Shown here: positions 18,227-24,660 of the stretch, piece after piece
Numbering within the stretch: the first letter of the stretch is position 1
Layout: each line of letters opens with the position of its first letter
Assembly (NCBI GenBank): GCA_043732305.1
Contig: JAYTHU010000200.1
Location: 1 to 24,660 of the forward strand
Length of the DNA stretch: 24,660 nt
Source: Oligoflexia bacterium
Lineage (GTDB): Bacteria > Bdellovibrionota > Bdellovibrionia > JABDDW01
Reading direction: 5' to 3'
Notes under the pieces: generated by a model
What the model was told of the DNA's origin: nothing
Seen by the model: the letters and a program-made list of their open reading frames with translations, nothing else
The model's database searches: none
Translations under genes and position numbers: made by a program

Positions 18227-18639
18227 GGTTTACTCCGTGCCCGGAGATTCTAAACTTGTAAGGTAAACGAAAAACTAAAACGGCACCAAAGATCCAAAAC
18301 ACCACAAGCATCGTTTCAATTCCTCCATCAGATAGTAATCCTAACATTCCAGCAAAACATCCTCAGCCAGAGTTTCGTTCTGATAAATCACCAAAAGCTT
18401 ATCTTCACTGAAACTATCTAAAGCTCTAATTTTTAGATGCATTTGTTCCTGTGACTAATACACGTACGTTCCCACTGCTTGCATCAAAAGTACAGCGGAT
18501 CCATTTTTTCTAAAAATAATACGCGTTTGAGTATGAACCCCAAAAGTCAACTTATGTGCGAGACAACTTACATTCGTGAGCGAAGTGTCCAGCACCGGAG
18601 AGATTGGATATAAATTTGGTGTCTTCAATATAGTATTGC

Positions 18640-19515
18640 GCCATACGTAGATACAAGATCGACGGAGAACCCACGAAGGAAAGTAAACTCTTTCTTAATC
18701 TGGACCACGTGCGATTTTGGAGAGCCTACCAACAAGAAAAAGAAAATCATAAAGTTCCGGCCATCCCAATTTGAAGATCTGAAAAAAGTGGTCCCCGGTT
18801 TGAAAAAGTTGTCGAGATGTGGAAGAAAGCAAAGAGGAAGATGCTTCAAGAATCCACCCAGCTTGTCTACCAAAGAACTTTAAGCTACTTGAATTTTCCT
18901 ATTGTGATGCAAATTCGCTCGATCGCTGCAAGTGTGATTGATTTATGACTCGTGATAATGACTGACCCTAAAGTTGTTAAAGAACAACACTCCACTCGCT
19001 AAAATTTTCTGCACGAGTTTGAACTTCTTTCTGAGATTCTTCGCTACTATGACGAATACAAAAGCGATGATTCATTGGTTTTTCCCATCAGGAGCAAGCA
19101 TCGAGAAACTGCGATAATAAAACAAGCCCGTGGAAAAAAGAGAAATCCAATGACTCCTGATCAGTTCGAAGCTTGGCCAAAGCCTTACGGCAGCAGAAAC
19201 AAGGATTATTGGTGGAGACTTTAGCGAGGACGCAAAGAGGTGGTGCGTTGGTGTTTCATCAAGAATCTTGTCCGCTCCATTATCGGTTCATTCAATATGC
19301 TTATGACTCTGCAACAAGGTTTGCTAAAATTGATTTTACTGGCACTCATGTAATGAGAAGAACTGGCGCGAGTTGGGTATTGAACGGCACCGGAGATATT
19401 GACCTCGCGAAACAACTACTAGGCAATACCACTTGGTCAAGCGTCAAGCCACATACTTAGAGGGGATCCTCAGCTCTCACTGCATATAATGATACGCTGT
19501 GGGATAAAAAAATTG
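18640..19515 (+). pseudogene. Degenerate tyrosine recombinase/integrase
   Basis: IAASVIDL*L...R*NFLHEFELLSEILRYYDEY...FPIRSKH resembles the 21659-22165 protein. After a frameshift and an internal deletion it reads GTHVMRRTGASW...LAKQLLGN. The catalytic Tyr position reads His and is followed by a stop. Boundaries are approximate. Confidence 0.78.
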
Positions 19516-19659
19516 AGACAGATCCTGATCCAAAATCGCAGCGAAAACTGCGTTCAGTATCTTGAGCCGTCCCGCTGGAAAGTTTATCATCGTTACCATC
19601 TGCATTTTACTTTGTGTTCGTAAATTCAATTTAGCAGGTTTTTTAAATTTGAAAAAAAA

Positions 19660-19686
19660 TTTAGTTTTCAAAAAAGTTGCCGATAA
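19660..19686 (+). promoter_or_regulatory. Sigma28 (FliA)-type promoter
   Basis: TTTAGTTT-N11-GCCGATAA versus consensus TAAAGTTT-N11-GCCGATAA, 32 bp before the ATG at 19719, with a GGGGGA RBS in between. Confidence 0.68.
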
Positions 19687-19718
19687 GTATGAGACTGAAA
19701 AACGGGGGGAATTAATTA

Positions 19719-20264
19719 ATGCCTAAAAAATTTACAGTTTATTGGATGTCAGTGATTGTCATGTTTTTCTCTGTTCAAGGGAATGCAACTTGTAATATCG
19801 GTCAGGTGGAGTGTCCGGCATACCCATCGTATTCGATAGGCGATCTCAGTCGGATCTATCTTGCGAGTGGAAACTCCAGTGCTACCGTCCAGACAGATGA
19901 AACTCAATGCATTGCTGCCGGAAATAAAATGCAGTTCGATTGTCAGTACCCGAACCCGGTCGTGGTGATCTTTAGTCAATCGGGAGTAGTAAAGAGTGCA
20001 ACTTTAATCAGAGGTTATCTTCCCCAACTGACATATACGAGTACGCAGACCGGAGCGCCACCTCCGGCAACATTTTGCACAATGATCACTGATGACGGCG
20101 GATTAATCACGGTCCCCGTAGGTTCTTATAAAAAAGCATATCCTTCAGACTGGAATTCGAAAAGCTGTGGATTTCAAAATCGAACCTGCTCTTTAGTCAA
20201 CGGGGTTCCGACATTGTCCGGAACCTATAAATTCACAAGTTGTTACACAGGGGTGCCAAATTAA
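19719..20264 (+). CDS. Secreted Cys-rich hypothetical protein
   Basis: Signal peptide GNA|T, 8 Cys in two modules, C-terminal C...AY...C...RTC..G..LSGTY.FTSC module. Confidence 0.75.
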   Translation: MPKKFTVYWMSVIVMFFSVQGNATCNIGQVECPAYPSYSIGDLSRIYLASGNSSATVQTDETQCIAAGNKMQFDCQYPNPVVVIFSQSGVVKSATLIRGYLPQLTYTSTQTGAPPPATFCTMITDDGGLITVPVGSYKKAYPSDWNSKSCGFQNRTCSLVNGVPTLSGTYKFTSCYTGVPN

Positions 20265-20320
20265 TTGACTGGTGATTTTTAAAATTTATTTAAAAGTTTT
20301 ATATACGGAGATAAAAAATC

Positions 20321-21514
20321 ATGAAATTCAAAAACCGCATTCGACTGAAATTGATGGTTCCTTTGCTAGCAACTTTCGGAGTCCTTAGCGTTTTTTTTCA
20401 AAACGCTTCCGGACCGGATTTAATGAATTATTATAACGCCGCTAACAATAAGATAACTTTTCAGTTCGGGAATCCTGGACCAAATGGCGCTGCGGCGACA
20501 ACAAATACTCTTCCCGATGGGCGGCAGGTAGTTATTATTGCCCCTCAAGTTGCTGACGCTGATCTGGTTTCAATAATAACCCACGAAGCTCAGCATGCCA
20601 GCTCTTCACTTAATGATGGTCCACTTAATTTTCAAATTGAAGGCATACCCATCTATCAGAAAGATAACAATACTCCAGATCCTCTTTATACCGGAAACTT
20701 CGATGGCTCTGAAGTATTGGCTTTTCATGCGCAAGAAATTAATAAAGTAGCGTTATATAATAACCTAGCGGCTCAGGCTCCCGGTCGGCTTCTGAAGCTC
20801 GATTACAGTAATTCAAAGTATATACAATTTTACACCTCCATATTTAACCTCGTGGACACCTTTAATTACCTTCTTTCATTTAATGGTGCGGCGGATAGCT
20901 TAATAAATACGGGCACCGCAACAATCGCTGGAAATCATGTATTGACGCTAAATATTTTTTCCAATGGAAGAGTTGGCTTATCACATTCTTACGCAAACGG
21001 CGCTCCCCAAAAATTGACACTAGGCAAGGCACTTGCTAGCAACGTTAATAGCGTAGCCAATAGGCAAACAGCTTTGGCCCAAATTTCAAGCAAATTAGTT
21101 GCCGCAGCTTATAGCCTCAAATTTTTAAATCCCAATTCAACGAATGGTCTCAGACTCCAAGCTTTAAATAATAGTGCATTAGCTGCGGCCAGAGCGACCG
21201 CCCAGGCCAATACTAACGCTGGCAAAGGTGGATCTCAGTCCTCAGATAGACAGACTTTTTCAAGGTCATTTGGAAACTCTCCAAGTTTTAATATTCCGTC
21301 TGGAATCAATGTGGTGTATCCGGATCGGACTCTTTGGAAAACAGCGACTATTACTACAAGTAACTTTGTTAATGTTCAAACTGGAGAAGTATTGGCCCCA
21401 GGTGGAACAATTTCGGGACCCGTTAATCCTGACACCGGTCAAATAACTGGTGAAATAACAGGTGGCGGCAGTGGTGGTGGCTCGCCTCCCCTAGCTATGA
21501 GCGACCTTGATTAG
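20321..21514 (+). CDS. Exported protein with an HExxH zincin motif, putative metallopeptidase
   Basis: GGAG RBS, basic/hydrophobic N-terminus ending FFQNAS, IITHEAQHA plus downstream SEVLAF, Asn/Ala/Gly-rich tail. Confidence 0.65.
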   Translation: MKFKNRIRLKLMVPLLATFGVLSVFFQNASGPDLMNYYNAANNKITFQFGNPGPNGAAATTNTLPDGRQVVIIAPQVADADLVSIITHEAQHASSSLNDGPLNFQIEGIPIYQKDNNTPDPLYTGNFDGSEVLAFHAQEINKVALYNNLAAQAPGRLLKLDYSNSKYIQFYTSIFNLVDTFNYLLSFNGAADSLINTGTATIAGNHVLTLNIFSNGRVGLSHSYANGAPQKLTLGKALASNVNSVANRQTALAQISSKLVAAAYSLKFLNPNSTNGLRLQALNNSALAAARATAQANTNAGKGGSQSSDRQTFSRSFGNSPSFNIPSGINVVYPDRTLWKTATITTSNFVNVQTGEVLAPGGTISGPVNPDTGQITGEITGGGSGGGSPPLAMSDLD

Positions 21515-21558
21515 TTCAAACCGAAGCGCGCGGATAGAAATTTGAGCGAAGTCGCGTA

Positions 21559-22165
21559 AACAATATTCTTCCAATGAAGTCCCGCGATTTCGCCGATTCT
21601 AGCGCCATAGAAAAACTGCACCTTCGCAAGGTCTTGAAAAAAAAATCTGGTAGATGGCTCAGAAAAGTTTGAAATTGCTGAGGGTGATCTGACGCTGCTT
21701 CTTTGGAATCTCTCTGATGACCGCGAGCTTGAAGTGGTTTTGCTTCACCGGGTTTGCGTACTGAAAATCCACCGAATCTCGGTACCAATTCAGGATAGCT
21801 TTCAGGTCCCGAATTTCTTTGTCGAAATTGAAGCGTCGAGATTTTTGTTTTTGAAGCGCGATCTCTTTTGAAAATCGAATGAATTCGGAAATGACCTGCG
21901 GATTCAGGTCACACAGCTTAAGATCAAAAATTGGCGGAAGAAAGCGCACACATCGAAAGACCGTTAGCACGCGGGCGGCCTCTGAAATCGTCGTCAGATG
22001 GTCTTTTTGATAAAGGTCCAATAGGTTGACCGATTTCGTCGATCGGAGGTCGCTGACGGTGATTTTTCGGTTGTCGCCGTTTGAGCCCTGTCTCGCAAAC
22101 CAGTGAGTCTGCGGAACGAGATCCAACTCAATCAGCCGCTTTTTGAATGCCTGTGAATTTTCCAT
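21559..22165 (-). pseudogene. Truncated, frameshifted tyrosine recombinase/integrase
   Basis: Core-binding region RFNFDKEIRDLKAILNWYR...NPV. After two frameshifts it reads QDLAKVQFFYGARIGEIAGLHWKNI (box I Arg). The HxxR and Tyr boxes are absent. Confidence 0.82.
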
Positions 22166-22448
22166 CGAAAATGTTCCTTTTTAAAATGTCGTTGAACAAG
22201 GAGACACTTGAAGCGGGCTTCGGACTCGCTAGCATATGAAAACATGCGGTCCATAGGCCCACAACCGAAGCGCTGGCCTTTGGGCCGACGAGACTGCGGT
22301 TCATTTGCCTGAAGCTGATGATTCCAGCTCTGTGAGCTTTCTCGGCGTCACTTCGCATGGACAGAGTCAGATCCGTTAGCCCCCCGACAATACCGACGGC
22401 TAACGCGAATTTGATGAGGGCTAAAATAAGATTTGTGATTAGTTTCAT
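22128..22448 (-). CDS. Small hypothetical membrane-anchored protein
   Basis: GGAGG RBS and N-terminal hydrophobic helix. The C-terminal third looks like read-through. Confidence 0.55.
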   Translation of the reverse strand: MKLITNLILALIKFALAVGIVGGLTDLTLSMRSDAEKAHRAGIISFRQMNRSLVGPKASASVVGLWTACFHMLASPKPASSVSLFNDILKRNIFDGKFTGIQKAAD

Positions 22449-22525
22449 AGGGAAAACCTCCGTTAGTTAGAGGCTCTTGTGGAAGGAAAAAGTGGGATGA
22501 ATTGGCTCGTGAAATCTGGTTCGAC

Positions 22526-22586
22526 TAAGACTTCAGTAAGACTTTTATAAGATCACGACCGTGATTTTCTGTGACGGTCGGTGATC
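22526..22586. repeat. Direct repeat plus inverted repeat upstream of the integrase remnant
   Basis: TAAGACTT at 22526 and 22537. GATCAC-GACCGT...ACGGTC-G-GTGATC at 22551-22586. Confidence 0.55.
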
Positions 22587-22753
22587 GTTAGCTTGTTCTG
22601 ACCTTGCTAACTCATTGAAACGATTGATTCGTGATTTTCGCTACTTAGCTTGGAGAGCATCGAACCTAGAGACTTTAGATGGCGGATTCGCCGCCTGTTT
22701 AATAAAATCGCATTGTTAGACTACATAAAAGCCAAGTCGTAGCCAAACAGATT

Positions 22754-23056
22754 TTAACTGACCTTCAGTTTTACTTTAGGATCAATCTTCTCATACAAGT
22801 TTATGAGTCTGTCCGTTGAAAACTCCGTCAGCCGATTATGTAAAATCTTGCTGACCTTGCCCTCATCAATTCCAAGAACCTCTGCCATTTCCCGCTGGGA
22901 TATTTTTTTGTCGAGTTTATAACCAACAAATTTTTGTTGAATATCATAACGGAATTTTTGCAACGGTGTTGGGTTGGCTGGGGGGGCCAGTGTGCCTTCA
23001 ACATTCTCAAGTTTTTTGAGAACTCGCTTAACTTCTGCTTTACTTGGAAAACCCAC
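22754..23056 (-). CDS. XRE-family HTH protein, putative HigA-like antitoxin
   Basis: ISQREMAEVLGIDEGKVSKIL...EFSTDRLI. GGAGG RBS and GTG start 2 bp after the upstream stop. Confidence 0.85.
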   Translation of the reverse strand: MGFPSKAEVKRVLKKLENVEGTLAPPANPTPLQKFRYDIQQKFVGYKLDKKISQREMAEVLGIDEGKVSKILHNRLTEFSTDRLINLYEKIDPKVKLKVS

Positions 23057-23058
23057 AG

Positions 23059-23349
23059 TTACCTCCGATAAGCGTTCACGACTCCGATGTAGATTTGCTC
23101 ATCTTCGAGCAACCAGACAAGCTTATAGAACTTACCGTCAAACTCTATTTTATCTGTCGTAAAATAAGAGTATGGCGGACTTTCCTCGTCCGGCAATACA
23201 ACCTGACCATCGAGCGTCTTGACCAATTCAATAATGATTTGGTCGGTGATGCTGTCAGCATGTTTTTCTTCATAGTGCGGATCAATAATAATCTTACTGA
23301 TCTGCCGACGATTAACTACAATGCTGATGCCATACTCACGACGACTCAT
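23059..23349 (-). CDS. Small protein, putative RelE/BrnT-like toxin
   Basis: 96 aa, coupled upstream of an HTH gene. C-terminal GKFYKLVWLLED..IYIGVVNAYRR resembles the ends of BrnT/RelE-fold proteins. Confidence 0.6.
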   Translation of the reverse strand: MSRREYGISIVVNRRQISKIIIDPHYEEKHADSITDQIIIELVKTLDGQVVLPDEESPPYSYFTTDKIEFDGKFYKLVWLLEDEQIYIGVVNAYRR

Positions 23350-23353
23350 TAAG

Positions 23354-23382
23354 ATTCTATCAAAACTTACCATATTTAGCAA
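23354..23382 (-). promoter_or_regulatory. Sigma70 promoter of the toxin-antitoxin-like operon
   Basis: TTGCTA-N17-TAGAAT with an extended TGn, ending 4 nt before the ATG at 23349. Confidence 0.55.
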
Positions 23383-23390
23383 GTATTTTC

Positions 23391-24422
23391 TTAACTATTG
23401 GGTTCTCCAAACAAATTGACTACTTTCGCCATAACCTCAGCCTCGGGAAGAATTTTAAGACCCTCCGTGACACCACTCACCTCAATCCCCGCAAGCCTCA
23501 CATATCTTTGCATCGTCTCTAGGTCCTTCCACTCGCAAATCTTTTGGATTTGAATGGGTGGAACCCCTTGTCTGATAAGCTGGGTTGCAAAACAAGCCCT
23601 GAGCGTGTGGAACTTGATACTAGGAAGGCCAATGCCTTGGCAGAACTTTCTCAAAATCTTAGCTTGGCCACCTTTTTCCCAATGGGGAAGTCTCGACAAA
23701 ACCTCTTTTCTCGATCCCGCCTGAAGTTTCAATTCTTTCAGTAAAACTTCAAGATCGGTCGAGATAGGAATGCTTCTCCAATATCCAGACTTAGTACTTT
23801 TCACGCCTCTGGTCCGGGTGTTGTAGGATTTAGTGAGGGAAATGATCTTGTTTTCAAAATCAATATCATTAAAGCAAAGAGCGTAAAGCTCTCCATTTTT
23901 ACAACCCGTTAGAAGCGCCATTGCCCACACAGGGTACCAGGGATAATCCACGGCTTTTGATTCTTTCAAAAGTCTTCGGATTTCAGTGATGGTCAGAATT
24001 TCAGGCTTCTTTTCCTCTTCTTTACTAAACTGAATTCCAGATACGGGATTTACGCCAAAAAGTTCTCTGGCGTCGCTTCGTGTCAGATCCGCAGCAGTCC
24101 TTGGCCACCAACTTGGCGTATGTTTTTTGATAGCAGCCACATAATCCAGTCTTGTGGTCTCCCGTAGCTTAATGGCGTGTTCTGAATTTAAATAGTTTTC
24201 AAACTCTGCCACGACATTGCCCCAGGTTTTTCCCTTGGCTTCTTTGTTTAAAAGTTCACGCTCGCATTCCCTCAAAAGCTGAAGCTCGGTCTTTTTGGCC
24301 TCAACCTCTGTTTTAATTCCCACAACTCTGCGCTGAACACGTAATTGCGAATTTTTTGCCCTCACATTCACGTAAGCTTGCCAGAATTCATTTCCATTTC
24401 GATCGACATATTTCTTTACCAT
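23391..24422 (-). CDS. Tyrosine recombinase/integrase, probably inactive
   Basis: LLTGC(K)NGEL.AL, KSTKSG..R.IP, FHTLRACFATQL, W...TMQRY. The catalytic Arg reads Lys, and there is an apparent in-frame deletion near 24055. Confidence 0.88.
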   Translation of the reverse strand: MVKKYVDRNGNEFWQAYVNVRAKNSQLRVQRRVVGIKTEVEAKKTELQLLRECERELLNKEAKGKTWGNVVAEFENYLNSEHAIKLRETTRLDYVAAIKKHTPSWWPRTAADLTRSDARELFGVNPVSGIQFSKEEEKKPEILTITEIRRLLKESKAVDYPWYPVWAMALLTGCKNGELYALCFNDIDFENKIISLTKSYNTRTRGVKSTKSGYWRSIPISTDLEVLLKELKLQAGSRKEVLSRLPHWEKGGQAKILRKFCQGIGLPSIKFHTLRACFATQLIRQGVPPIQIQKICEWKDLETMQRYVRLAGIEVSGVTEGLKILPEAEVMAKVVNLFGEPNS

Positions 24423-24592
24423 TTGTGTTTTCCTCCATTTTCAAATGAAGGCTTCAACATTCGGTCAAGATCGGATCTCAAGAACCGTAGGCGATTTTCA
24501 AGCCGATAAAATGGCACCTGATTGCGGTAAACCATATTTCTCAGCTGACCTACGGACACACGGTAAGCGCTCCATCGGTCCCACCATTTCAT
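24416..24592 (-). CDS. Excisionase-like helix-turn-helix protein (58 aa, N-terminus probably damaged)
   Basis: Not in the ORF track. Reads YRVSVGQLRNMVYRNQVPFYRLENRLRFLRSDLDRML; its stop overlaps the integrase ATG. Confidence 0.78.
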   Translation of the reverse strand: MKWWDRWSAYRVSVGQLRNMVYRNQVPFYRLENRLRFLRSDLDRMLKPSFENGGKHKW

Positions 24593-24660
24593 AAAATAAT
24601 AATAGTGTAATATAATCGGCCTTCGTTTGAATTAATGGAGGACCGTATGGACGAGACATT

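Noticed and set aside
18229..18270. TTTACTCCGT...CGGAG...TAAGGT resembling a mer promoter/MerR operator
   Set aside because: Wrong strand for the adjacent operon, spacer about 24 bp instead of 19, dyad only 5 bp, and no merR present.
18330..18560. Protein-like minus-strand fragment (FDASSGNVRVLVTG...)
   Set aside because: No start codon or recognisable family; possibly a gene relic but not supportable.
18594..18609. CGGAGAGATTGGAT as a second tRNA-Ser end fragment
   Set aside because: One base short of the stem geometry and does not match the 89-101 sequence well.
22640..22700. tRNA-like words (TAGC..GAGAGCA; GGTTCGA on the minus strand)
   Set aside because: No cloverleaf can be built.
24502..24509. 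Second GCCGATAA sigma28-like -10
   Set aside because: No matching -35, and it lies antisense within the excisionase gene.
1..24660. CRISPR arrays, rRNA or complete tRNA genes
   Set aside because: No regularly spaced repeats or structural RNA signatures seen by eye.

Overview
AT-rich bacterial DNA, most likely from a Bdellovibrionota/Oligoflexia-like organism. This is an inference from protein styles and is not proven. The window is an accessory, island-like region. Its intact core (about 5.8-18.2 kb) is an unusual copper/heavy-metal cluster. One CsoR-type operator (13270-13287) sits between two divergent operons. The leftward operon is csoR, an N-terminal-His periplasmic protein, a diheme cytochrome c lipoprotein, an ankyrin+cupredoxin fusion, YceI, a CxxCH-bearing beta-barrel, a CopA P1B-ATPase and a Met/Cys-rich periplasmic protein. 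The rightward operon is a monoheme Haem_bd protein, a Tat two-domain multicopper oxidase with a Met-rich insert, a putative outer-membrane protein and a Met-rich YtkA/FixH-like protein. A convergent three-gene module (small beta-barrel, HMA chaperone, MerT/MerF-like transporter) follows without merA or merR. The flanks are decaying: an IS3 remnant, fused RcnR/FrmR and Zn-alcohol dehydrogenase pseudogenes, three damaged tyrosine recombinases and an excisionase. They also carry a toxin-antitoxin-like pair and two secreted-protein genes (one an HExxH zincin) behind a near-consensus sigma28 promoter. The left end carries a Ca2+/H+ antiporter and an HPPD-like VOC protein. All family calls come from motif recognition by eye; no database searches were run.
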